Assembly (NCBI GenBank): GCA_963811425.1
Contig: CAWERV010000011.1
Location: 41,219-105,218, forward strand
Reading direction: 5' to 3'
DNA: 64,000 bases
Source of the DNA: an uncultured Acidobacteriota bacterium
GTDB taxonomy: Bacteria > Acidobacteriota > Thermoanaerobaculia > UBA5066 > Gp7-AA6
Shown: piece after piece, positions 52,007-61,643 of the stretch
Position numbering within the stretch: the first letter of the stretch is position 1
How the letters are laid out: every line of letters begins with the position of its first letter
Notes under the pieces: generated by a model
The model's input: only the letters and a program-made list of their open reading frames with translations
Database searches by the model: none
What the model was told of the DNA's origin: nothing
Position numbers and translations under genes: made by a program

Positions 52007-53567
52007 ATGCGTCATCCCGCCCTCATCTCTTCTGGTCGTGTCGTTGTTCGGGGAGGTGGTGGGGGTCGGGCAGAGCCAGAGCCCTGTGGGCGCCGTTGCT
52101 CGCGTGCGCGTTCGCGTGTGCCTGCGAAGGCAGCGCCGGAACCGGCAGCGGGACGGCTGGCACGACCGGCGGCGGGACGGCGGGCACGACTGGAGACCGG
52201 GACGGCTGGCACGACCGGGACGGCGGGCACGACCGGGACTACTGGGACGGCTGGCACGACCGGGACTGGGACGGCCGGCACGACGGGACCGGAACGGCCG
52301 GCACGACTGGGACCGGGACGGCCGGGACGACCGGGACGACCGGGACGGCGGGCACCACCGGGACCGGGACGGCGGGCACCACCGGGACCGGGACGGCCGG
52401 GCGCGGTGGCGGAACGGGCACGGCGGGCGCCGGGGGCGGGAGCGGAGGACGCGGCGGCGCGGCGGGCACTGGCGCGGCGGGCACCGGCGGACGCGGCGGC
52501 GGGGCCGGGACGGGAGCGGCCGGCGCCGCCGGAGGGCGCGGCGGCGCGGCGGGCACGGGCACGGCGGGCACCAACGGGACGGCGGGCACCAACGGCGGCG
52601 GTGGCTGCGGGAATCCGCCCGCGCCGAGCGATCTCATCGGCTGGGCCGCGATGTCGGGCACCACGACCGGTGGTGGCAGCGCGACGCCGCAGATCGTCAC
52701 CACGCTGCAGCAGTTCACGTCGGCCGTCTCGGGCAGCAACGCCGCGGTGGTCTACGTGAACGGCAAGCTCGCGGCCGGGCGCGTGAACATCGGCGCGAAC
52801 AAGACCGTCGTCGGCATCTGCGGCGCCGAGCTGCACGGCCACATCGGCATCAGCAGCTCGAACGTCATCGTCCGCAACATCAAGATCGTCGGTTACGGCG
52901 TCGGCGACTGCTCGCTCGACCCGAGCTACGACTCGTCGGTCGGCTGCTCGTCGGGCGACGACGCCGTGTCGATCAGCGGCAGCGGCGCGAACCACATCTG
53001 GATCGATCACTGCGACATCTCCGACGGCACCGACGGCAATCTCGACACCAACAACGGCGCCGATTTCGTCACGATCTCGTGGACGAAGTTCCACTACACG
53101 CCGCGCACCGACCCGACGGCAACGATTCGACGGGCGCGGAGGGTCACCGGTTCTCGAACCTGATCGGCAGCTCCGACACCGTCGCCGCCGACGTCGGACA
53201 CCTCAACATCACCTGGCACCACGACTGGTGGGCCGACAACGTGAACCAGCGCATGCCGCGCAGCCGGCAGGGGGAAGATCCACATCCTCAACAGCCTGTT
53301 CACCTCGACGGGGAACAGCTACTGCAGCAACGCGGGACAGGACGCCCAGTTGCTGGTCGAGGGGACCGTCTACAACGGCGTGAAAGCGCCGTTCCAGGTC
53401 ACCCAGAACGGCACCCTGCGGGCACCCTCGGGGAGCAACGTCTTCACGAACACCAACCCAGCGGCACCCACCGGCAGCGGCAACGGCTTCACGCCGACGT
53501 ACACGTACACGGTCGAGGCGGCGTCGGGGATCCAGGCGGCGGTGAAGCGGGCGCCGGTCCGCACTGA
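52007..53567 (+). CDS. Pectate lyase (PL1-like) lipoprotein with a long G/T linker
   Basis: SD AGGAGG. Signal/lipobox ...LLACAFACAC. Reads NVIVRNIKI, DAVSISGSGANHIWIDHCDISDGTDGNLD, FVTISWTKFHY and WWADNVNQRMPR. Confidence 0.8.
52130..52610. repeat. G/T/A-codon periodic array (GTAGTTGTG linker)
   Basis: Repeated gggacggc[cg]ggcacgacc-type 9/18-nt units, visible over about 480 nt. Confidence 0.7.
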
Positions 53568-53572
53568 TAGGT

Positions 53573-55141
53573 CTAGGGGGTACGACCCGGTGAGGGCGCG
53601 GCCGCCTCCCAGTTCGAGGGGTCATTGCCGTACGCGCTCAGATCCTTTCGATGCAGGGCGGATCCCGTCCCGTTCGCCGCCGGGGGCCACGGCGTCGTGT
53701 TGCTGAAGGCGATGGTCTCCTCGAGGATGAAGGGCAAAATCGTCTGAGGACCGAGGTCGTACGGCTTCCACGATTTCATCAGCGTCAGCACGCCTCCGTA
53801 GTCGGGCAGGTCTTCCGTCTTGGTGAAGGTGCGCACGTCAGCGGGGACGCCATACTCGTCACGGAACGCCGCTTCCGGAACTGCGCTCGGAATCACCAGC
53901 ACGGTTTCGCCCGGGGCCAGAGTGATGGACGGAGGAAAGGCAAAGGCTATCCCGTCGATCTTCCACGTGTGGTCGGGCAAGGAAGGCTCCGACAGGGGCA
54001 ATTCCACCGTGCCGGTGTTTTGGAGCTCTACGTACTCATCGAGGCCAGCGGGCGGGTTGTACATGATCTCGCTGATGACCAAGGGCCCGACAGCCGGAGG
54101 GGCATTTTCGCTCCCCAACGTCGGGGTCTGCAGACTCACCAGTTGAACCTCGCCGGTGCTGGTGACGTAGCGCCCGAACGCGACCCCGTTTTCCTGGTCG
54201 CCGAAGGAGAACCCGTCGCAATAGGCGATCGCGCACCCCATCTCATCGGCCACGAGATAGATCTCCTCCCCGTGCTCGCTCAGCGAGAAGCTGAGGGGGG
54301 ATTTGGGGTCCGCGTTGAAGTCGTCCGAGTCAAAGACAGCGAAGCCCCTCGCGGGCAGGATCGTGCCGGGAGGAAGTCGGTACTTCGCGGGGATCGTCTG
54401 GTTGTCGGTGAGGAACCATCCGCTCACGTCCAGCGAAGCGTCGTTCGGGTTGAAGAGCTCGATGGAGTCCTTTTCGGGGGGATCGGTGTGAGCCAGGATC
54501 TCGTTCACGTAGGCCATGGGAGGATCGTCCTTGCCGGGAGAGCCGTGTATCGCAAAAGAGGTCCGCCAATGGACGGGGCGGTCCGGATCATCGTCGAGGT
54601 TGGCGGCGACGGGCACCAAGGATCTGCCGCCGCCATCGGCGGCTGCCGGCCAGGGGCTTCTGTCGAGATACTCGACCGAAGTGATCACCATGTGTGCGGA
54701 CAGGTCGGAGAGCGTGATCCTCTCCCCGGTATTGCTGAGTTTTCCCGTGTATTCCCCCGACGGAGCGAACCCGTAACGATCCTGGAAGGCGGCGGCGTTG
54801 GAGGCCACCACCAGGAATTCTCCGGGCGCGAGGGTCGTGGCGGCGGGGATGGCGTATTGGATCCCCTGGTCGAAGGCGACATCGGCCAGGTTCAAAACGA
54901 TCTTGCCGGCATTCTTGATCTCGACGAATTCGTATTCGTCCCCGCTCACGGTCCCTTCGTCCAGCGGGTGGTAGTGGATCTCCGTGAGCTTGAGCGCGAG
55001 GAGCTCCAGCCTCGGCTCCGGTCGTGTGGGCTCCGGAGTGCTCGAGGGATTGGCGGCATCACAGGCCAGGAGAATGAAAACCATCGGCGGCACCCAAAGC
55101 CCCGGACGGGCGGCTCCGAAGGCTTCGAGGTCCTCGCGCAT
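53573..55141 (-). CDS. Lipoprotein with three lamin-tail-domain (LTD) repeats
   Basis: Intact 522-aa ORF. Lipobox FILLAC. LTD signatures: TEIHYHP...YEFVEIKNAG; NEILAHT...SIELFNPND..LDVSGWFLTD; SEIMYNPP...YVELQNTG. Confidence 0.8.
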   Translation of the reverse strand: MREDLEAFGAARPGLWVPPMVFILLACDAANPSSTPEPTRPEPRLELLALKLTEIHYHPLDEGTVSGDEYEFVEIKNAGKIVLNLADVAFDQGIQYAIPAATTLAPGEFLVVASNAAAFQDRYGFAPSGEYTGKLSNTGERITLSDLSAHMVITSVEYLDRSPWPAAADGGGRSLVPVAANLDDDPDRPVHWRTSFAIHGSPGKDDPPMAYVNEILAHTDPPEKDSIELFNPNDASLDVSGWFLTDNQTIPAKYRLPPGTILPARGFAVFDSDDFNADPKSPLSFSLSEHGEEIYLVADEMGCAIAYCDGFSFGDQENGVAFGRYVTSTGEVQLVSLQTPTLGSENAPPAVGPLVISEIMYNPPAGLDEYVELQNTGTVELPLSEPSLPDHTWKIDGIAFAFPPSITLAPGETVLVIPSAVPEAAFRDEYGVPADVRTFTKTEDLPDYGGVLTLMKSWKPYDLGPQTILPFILEETIAFSNTTPWPPAANGTGSALHRKDLSAYGNDPSNWEAAAPSPGRTP

Positions 55142-55235
55142 GGAAGTCCGAAATTACACGAAGAATGGGCAACTTCGTGGGCAGGAAATTCGCAGACGTT
55201 CCTTCGGTTGACGGACGGGTATCTGCCCGCTGAGT

Positions 55236-55269
55236 GTTAACGCGCGCGTTAACAGTTAACGAGCGCGTT
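55236..55269. promoter_or_regulatory. Perfect 18-bp palindrome GTTAACGCGCGCGTTAAC plus a third GTTAAC (candidate operator)
   Basis: GTTAAC occurs at 55236, 55248 and 55255. The 15-mer gttaacgNgcgcgtt is repeated with one mismatch. The site lies between the stop at 55370 and the LTD gene start at 55141. Confidence 0.35.
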
Positions 55270-55369
55270 TGCGGTCGAGTGGCGGGACGCGCGTGCCGCG
55301 GAGCGATTGGGGCGTCATGCGGTCATCCATGATCGGCGCGGACGAGCGTCGTGTGACGAAGTCGCGCCG

Positions 55370-56179
55370 TCATCGCCGCGCGACCGCCAGCAGGTTGGGG
55401 ATCGGCCACTGCGCCTTCTCGCCGTCGTTTTCGTTGAAGCCGGTCTCGTAGCTGCCGTTCAGATCCAGGTCGACGCCGCCGGCGTGTATCGACAGGCTCG
55501 CCTCGGGCCCACCCTCGACGTGCATCGCCGTGGTGATGTCGAGCGGCAACGCCAGCAGCCGGTCGTTCAGGTCCTGCATCGTGTAGGGCCGGCGCGAGAA
55601 GATGAACAGGATGCGCCCCGCCTTGTCGGCGGCGACGGCGGCTTCGCTCCAGCGGCGTTCCTGCTTTCCCCACACGCCCCGCCCGGGCGCGCGGATGAGG
55701 CGCAGGTTCTGGACGACGGTTCCGTACGCGGACAGCCCCGCGTGCGACCCGGGTGTGTCGAGATCGACCATCGCGGCCGCGGGCAGATCGGGGCGCCTGG
55801 GATCGAACGCGAGCACGCTCTTGTACTTCTCCGACCAGTGGCCGTTGTTGACGTGGCCGGCGTGTGACGCGTAGCCGACGTTGGTCAGCTTGTCGTCGCG
55901 GTACATCCCGAGATTGATGGCGACTGCGAGCCCGCGCTCGCGGCACCAGGCGGCCGCGGTCCGCTGCCGGCTGTCGCCCGCGGACGCCATCACGGCGACC
56001 AGCGCCGCCTGTTTCGGATCGATGCGCACCACGTGCAGGCGGCCGTCGATCTCACCGGCCGCCTTCGCCGCGTCGCCGATCGCCACGTACTCCACTCCGC
56101 GCTGCAGCGTCTTCCACGCCGGCGCGGAGGCGGGTGTCACTGCGGTCCCGAACAACGGCAACAGCAGCGCTGCCAGCAT
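55370..56179 (-). CDS. Phosphodiester glycosidase (NAGPA/DUF2233)-like secreted protein
   Basis: Signal peptide MLAALLLPLFGTAVTPASA. Reads AINLGMYRDD, ILFIFSRRPYTMQDLNDRLLAL and AMHVEGGPEASL. Intact ORF, with an upstream alternative ATG at 56269. Confidence 0.6.
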   Translation of the reverse strand: MLAALLLPLFGTAVTPASAPAWKTLQRGVEYVAIGDAAKAAGEIDGRLHVVRIDPKQAALVAVMASAGDSRQRTAAAWCRERGLAVAINLGMYRDDKLTNVGYASHAGHVNNGHWSEKYKSVLAFDPRRPDLPAAAMVDLDTPGSHAGLSAYGTVVQNLRLIRAPGRGVWGKQERRWSEAAVAADKAGRILFIFSRRPYTMQDLNDRLLALPLDITTAMHVEGGPEASLSIHAGGVDLDLNGSYETGFNENDGEKAQWPIPNLLAVARR

Positions 56180-56463
56180 GCAACGAAAAGTATGGAGCGG
56201 CCGGCGCGCAGTGGCCAGCAGGCACGGGTGGCGGGTTGGCCCGTACCCTCCGCCGGTGCCCGGCTGCAAGGGGCTGAGATGTATGTGTTATTTGTGTTTT
56301 CGCTGAACCTGTAGCCAGCCCCCGGTGCCGTGCCGATAGTGTGTTCGGTAGCAAGCGCCGCACCTGGTGGGCTTGGGAGATCAAGGAGTCTCGACTTCGC
56401 TCCCCGGGGGGGGGACGAGCCGCCGCGCCCTCCAGCGGACACAGACGCACAAAGGAGTGGCGC

Positions 56464-56812
56464 ATGTCCCATTTCCGGAGGCCCCTCCCGGAGGGCGGTT
56501 TCGCCTGGGTGGTTTTGGCGATGGCTCTCGGCGCCGCAGCGTGCGCTGCGGGGGTCAGGCCCACGCTAACGCCCAATCAAAACGATGGCGGCGGCGGCGG
56601 CGTGGACGTAGCTCCGCCAGACCGGCCCGATGCCCCCGTCCTCACCGACGCGGGACCGACGCAACCCGATCTGCCCGTCGTCGAAGGCGGTGTCTGCACC
56701 CCGTCCGTGACCTGCACGCCCCCCAACGGGCAGTACTGCGGGGTCATCGGCAACGGCTGCTACGGAAAGATCGACTGTGGCGCCAGCTGCGCGGCCGATG
56801 AGGTCTGCGAAT
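56464..56812 (+). pseudogene. 5' fragment of a secreted Cys-rich protein, cut off at about 56810
   Basis: Signal peptide MSHFRRPLPEGGFAWVVLAMALGAAACAAG, then [38 protein letters not shown]. Beyond that point the frame reads the antisense of a kinase. Confidence 0.45.
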
Positions 56813-57306
56813 TCGATCCCTTCCGGCTCTGTCAACTTCGCCAGACCAAAGTCCAGGATCTTGGCCAGGCCGTCTTCGGTCACCATCACGTTCTCGGGCT
56901 TCAAGTCGCGGTGGACGATGCCCGAGGCGTGCGCCTTCGCCAGCCCATCCGCCACCTGAACGCCAATTTGAAGGAGGCGCCGAACCGAGAGGGCACCTTT
57001 CGAGAGCACCTGCCGCAGTGGCTCGCCCGCCACCAGCTCCATGGCGATGTAGGAGATCGAGTCGGAGGATCCAATGTCGTAGATCGTGACGATGTTCAGA
57101 TGATTCAGAGCCGACGCCGATCTCGCTTCCCTCTCGAAGCGCTTCAGCCGTCCTGGCTCCGAGGCGAAGGCCTCCGACAGGATTTTGATCGCAACGTCAC
57201 GCCCGAGGCGAGCGTCCCGCGCCCTGTACACCTCTCCCGTACCGCCCGCCCCGAGTGGCGCGAGAATCTCGTAGGGGCCGAGACGGCTCCCGGTCACGAG
57301 AATCAT
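56812..57306 (-). pseudogene. Truncated Ser/Thr kinase (N-lobe through DFG only)
   Basis: Reads [24 protein letters not shown] and DFGLAKL. Similarity to the full paralog stops at ...PEGI, next to GAATTC 56809-56814. The APE-containing part is absent. Confidence 0.6.
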
Positions 57307-57344
57307 CGGAAGGCGAACTCCGGGGTCGGCTGCATGGCAGCTTT

Positions 57345-60004
57345 TTATCGCGACGTCTCTACTGTCCAGTTCAGGACAACGTGGAGCGGGGGCTTCTCGG
57401 GGGCGGGCTCTTCCGCGACGGTGAGGAACCGCTTCCCGTCCGGCGATACGTCGAAGCCGGCCAACACGGTGCCCTCCTTCAACGAGAAGAGCGGCGAGGG
57501 CTGTCCCAGCGAGAGCGAGTGGACCGTCCGAACCGGAACGGAAATCAGCTGAGTTCCAGAAAAATAGAAGATCTCGCTGCCGTCGCGGCTCCACCGAACG
57601 AGACCTGTCCCTCTTTCTATCCCTCCAGAAGAGATTCGAATCTTCTCGCCCGCGGCCGCGACCGGAGCGACGTAGGCCTCGTTGCCGCCCGATTCGTCCG
57701 AAAGGAAGACGACGTATCGACCGTCGGGCGAGAATCGAACCTCCCGGTCGTCGTACGCCGTTTGGAGCAACGGCGAGGATCTTCTGGTCGCCCGACAGAG
57801 AAACCAGCCGTCTCGTCCATGTCGCCTCGGTCGCCTCTGCCTGTACACGAGTTGCTCGCCCCCGGGCATGCCGTCTCCGGCCTCCTGTGACTCTCCCGCG
57901 GGAAGAGGGCCTGGACGCGCCCCGTGGCCAGCTCGCGCCGGCGGAGCTGCAGCATCCCGCCGCTTTCCGCGGTGTACACGATCGATTTTCCGTCCGTGAA
58001 ACCAGATGCCCTGGAACTCATCGGTCGGGTCGGACGTGACCCGAGTCTCGACTCTCCGCTCCAGGTCCAGGATCCAGAGGTTGCGGATTCCGGTCTTGCC
58101 CTGTCGCGGTCGAAGAGAACTCTGCGGCCGTCGGGGTCGATGGCGATATCGCCGAGGCTTCCGGTCGGGCCCAGGATCTCGACCGTTCGCCCGCTCGATC
58201 GAACCACGTCAGGCGCGTCCCGGGGGCGGGGAGGTCCCGAATGAACGCGAACGCGCCATTGCGGGACGTCGCGAAGTCCGCCCACCCGGTAGACTGGAAG
58301 TGATACCGCGACCGAATCGGCGATCGAAAGGGTTCGCCGGAGAGGCTGCCACTTCGAGGGTCGAACCGCTGGGCCATGAGCGTGCCGTCGCGAACGAACA
58401 CGACATATCCGGGGTCGACGTACTCGACTCGCGAGAGCATCGGGAAGAGCGGGCGGGCAGGCCGCCACGGACGGGGAAAACATCAGGCTGCCGACGCTGT
58501 CCTCCTGGCGAAGATGGTAGAGAAAGCTCTTGCCGTCTGGAAGAAACCAGGGCCACGTCGACCGTCGTCTCGTCGCGGGCACGGTCCGGTTTCACGACTA
58601 CCACTGGCTTTCCTCCGGAAGTCGAGACACGATAGATCGCGTCCCCGCGCCGCGGGGCGAACAGGATCTGACCGTCGGCTCCCCAGGTCCCGGCGTGATG
58701 CGATTTCGCCACGTCGCAGATCGGCACGGGGACGCCACCCGAGAGATCGACACGCCACAGCTTGTACGGCAGCAAAGAAGCCGAGGAAGCGGCCGTCGGG
58801 CGACCAGAAGAGGGATTCGGCTTCTCCGTTCCAGGCACGCTCGCGCCTCCGCCGCCGAGAGCGGCCGCAGCCAGATCTTCGGCGTGCCCCTGCGGAGCAG
58901 CGCGGAACGCGATCTGTGAGCCGTCCGGCGAGAAGGCGTAGGATCGGTACCCGCCGGCTGAATCCGCCGTCGGGCGGTAGCACGAAGGGAGAATCGGATC
59001 GTGCGGAGCTCCGCGGCCGGAGGACGGGATCGGAGCAGGCTCATCGCCGCGATCGCGAGCGCGGCGATGCCGAGAACGAGCACCGCAATCCAGCCGCGGC
59101 GCGGCCGGGACGCCGCCAGCTCGACGCCCGAGGTCACCTCCCCGAGATGGTCGCGAATCGTCGCGAGGTCGCGAGCGAGATCTTCGGTCGAGGCAAAGCG
59201 GTTGCGCGGCTCTTTGGCAAGACACCGCTCGACGATCCAGCGAAGCGGCGCGGGGATCTTCGGATTGAGCACCGCGATCGACTCCGGCTCCTCGCGGATG
59301 ATCGCCGCCAGCGTCTCGGGCGCGGAACCACGATGGAAGGCACGCCGGCCTGTCGCCATCTCGTACAGAATCGCGCCAAGGGAGAACTGGTCCGATCGAA
59401 AATCGACGGCCTTTCCCAGCGCCTGCTCGGGCGACATGTAGCCGGCCGTCCCCAGCACGATGCCCGGCTCCGTCTCCCCCGAGACCGTCGGCCCTTGCCT
59501 CCCCTCGCTCTTGACCCCTTCCGGCTGGCTCAACTTCGCGAGACCGAAGTCCAGGATCTTGACGATACCGTCTTCGGTCACCATCACGTTCTCGGGCTTC
59601 AGGTCGCGGTGCACGATGCCCGACGCGTGCGCTTTCGCGAGCCCGTCGGCCACCTGAACACCAATCTGGAAGAGCCGCCGGAGCGGCAGGGCTCCCCTCA
59701 GGAGCATCTGGCGCAGCGGTGCTCCTTCCACCAGCTCCATCGCGATGTAGGAAGTCGAGTCTGAGGATCCGATGTCGTAGATCGTGACGATGTTGGGATG
59801 ATTGAGAGCCGAGGCCGACCGCGCTTCCTTCTCGAACCGCTTCAGGCGTTCCGGTTCGGAGGCAAACGCCTCTGGCAGAACTTTGATCGCCACATCGCGC
59901 GCCAGCCGCTCGTCCCGCGCCCGGTAGACCTCTCCCATGCCTCCCGCTCCGATGGGGGCCAGAATCTCGTAGGGCCCAAGGCGGGATCCGGCAGAGATTG
60001 TCAC
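57345..60004 (-). CDS. Ser/Thr protein kinase with one TM and a PD40/TolB-like beta-propeller
   Basis: Reads [26 protein letters not shown] and [12 protein letters not shown] segment [17 protein letters not shown]. Repeats [37 protein letters not shown] and VSPDGKRFL. Ends HVVLNWTVE. The propeller part is frame-broken. Confidence 0.8.
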
Positions 60005-60097
60005 TTGATGGCCTTAATGGACTGGTGACGATTCTAGACCCCTGAACCTGCCATGGCCGTGATCAGACAGGTGCCGGCCCACGCGGCCGGGCCTCGC

Positions 60098-60812
60098 TCA
60101 GGGCACGTAGCTGCGGATCTGCGTCTTCCACCACGGCCAGTCGTGGCCGTAGGGCGCGTCCCAGACGCTGCCGCGGTTGTGGATTCCCTTTTCTCCCAGG
60201 ATGCGCAGCATGTCGGTGGTGCCCGAGAGGATGTTGTCGGTCTGGCCGGTCACGATGCACGAGGTCCATCGTGTTCAGGCGGCCGACCCAGTCGTCGCTC
60301 ATGTTCGGCACGTTCGCGATCGGGCAGTGGAAATAGCAGAGTTCGTCCCAGTAGCCGTCCAGGAAATTGTGGATGTCGTACTTGCCCGAGAAGGCGATGA
60401 CCTTGTCGATCGCGTCCGGGTGCCGGAAGCCGAAGTTCGCCGCGTGGTACGCGCCGAACGAGGCTCCGACCGTCGTGATCCGCGCTCCCGTTCTGCCCTT
60501 CGCGCGCACGAACGGCACGACCTCGTTGTAGACGTACTGGTCGTACTGGTCGTGGCGCCGGATGCGCTCGGCCGGATGCTTCTGCCTGGCGTAGAAGCTC
60601 TCCGCGTCCACGCTGTCCACGCACGCGAACTGGATCGCGCCGCCCTCGATGAGGTCCGCGACGGCGCCCACGAGACCGAAGTCCTCATTCTGGTAGAAGC
60701 GGCCGACCGACGTCGGAAACCAGATCATCGGCCGTCCCGCGTGGCCGAACCAGAGAAGCTCCATGCGGCGGCCCAGGATGGGAGAGTCCCAGGAAATGAA
60801 TTCGCGGTTCAT
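60098..60812 (-). CDS. Esterase-family (alpha/beta hydrolase) protein
   Basis: Reads MNREFISWDSPILGRRMELLWFG, FPTSVGRFYQNEDFGLVG, VGASFGAYHAANFGFRHPD and GHDWPWW. One frame break near 60260. Confidence 0.7.
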
Positions 60813-60889
60813 CGAGCGTCCTTTCGGCGACGGTGTTTGCGAGCCGGATGATCGCACAGGAAGCCGCTTCCGGGACTACACTCGGGGCC

Positions 60890-61420
60890 ATGAAATACGT
60901 CCTCCGCATCGCCGCTCTGGCGGGTCTTGCCGCCGCGCTCGGCTCTCCCGCCCTCGCTCAGCCGACGCCCGGCCCGGGCGCCGATCACCACGCCGCCGTC
61001 AACGAGCGCGGCGACCACGTGATGGGGTTCGACCACGAAAAGACGACGCACCACTTTCGCCTCACGCCGGACGGCGGCGTCATCGAGGTCTCCGCGAACG
61101 ACCCGAAGGACACGGCCAGCCGCGACGCGATCCGCGAGCACCTGTCGCACATCGTTCAGATGTTCTCGCAGGGCGATTTCAACGCACCCATGCTGATCCA
61201 CGGCCAGACGCCACCGGGAGTTCCCGTCATGAAGAGCAGGATCAGGCTCATCGACTGGAAGGAGATGAACACCCCCACGGGCGCCAACATCGTCATCCAC
61301 TCGAAGGACGCCGAGGCCGTCGCCGCGATCCACGATTTCCTGCGCTTCCAGATCGAGGACCACCAGACGGGCGACCCGACGTCGGTTCCGAACACCCCGA
61401 CACCAAAACCCCGCAGTTGA
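60890..61420 (+). CDS. Secreted hypothetical protein
   Basis: Signal peptide MKYVLRIAALAGLAAALGSPALAQ. His-rich HHAAVNERGDHVMGFDHEKTTHHF. Intact ORF. Confidence 0.55.
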   Translation: MKYVLRIAALAGLAAALGSPALAQPTPGPGADHHAAVNERGDHVMGFDHEKTTHHFRLTPDGGVIEVSANDPKDTASRDAIREHLSHIVQMFSQGDFNAPMLIHGQTPPGVPVMKSRIRLIDWKEMNTPTGANIVIHSKDAEAVAAIHDFLRFQIEDHQTGDPTSVPNTPTPKPRS

Positions 61421-61457
61421 CGGAAGCCGGGTCCGCCCGGTGCGATAATCCGCCCTA

Positions 61458-61532
61458 CGGGGCGTAGCGCAGCGGTAGCGTACCTGCTTTGGGAGCAGGT
61501 GGTCGCCAGTTCGATCCTGGCCGCCCCGACCA
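61458..61532 (+). tRNA. tRNA-Pro (anticodon TGG), CCA encoded
   Basis: I folded the cloverleaf by hand. Acceptor stem CGGGGCG pairs with CGCCCCG, followed by ACCA. Anticodon stem CCTGC/GCAGG with loop TTTGGGA. T arm GCCAG-TTCGATC-CTGGC. Confidence 0.95.
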
Positions 61533-61643
61533 ATGCGTTCCGCCTGGCGAGTATCGTCCGCCGGTCCCCAAAGCCGGGGCCGGACGACTTGAACGCGGCA
61601 GCGTAACCTCGAGCGGCTCTCCCGTCGCTCGCCTTCGTCGAGA

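Noticed and set aside
55236-55253. The GTTAAC palindrome as a Rho-independent terminator of the upstream gene.
   Set aside because: No U tract follows on the transcribed (minus) strand. The extra third hexamer and the 15-mer direct repeat fit a protein-binding site better. This reading is not fully excluded.
56341-57552. A 403-aa plus-strand ORF treated as a real protein.
   Set aside because: Only its first about 155 codons (from ATG 56464) look genuine. The rest is the antisense of the truncated kinase (HRDLKPEN and similar motifs read on the other strand).
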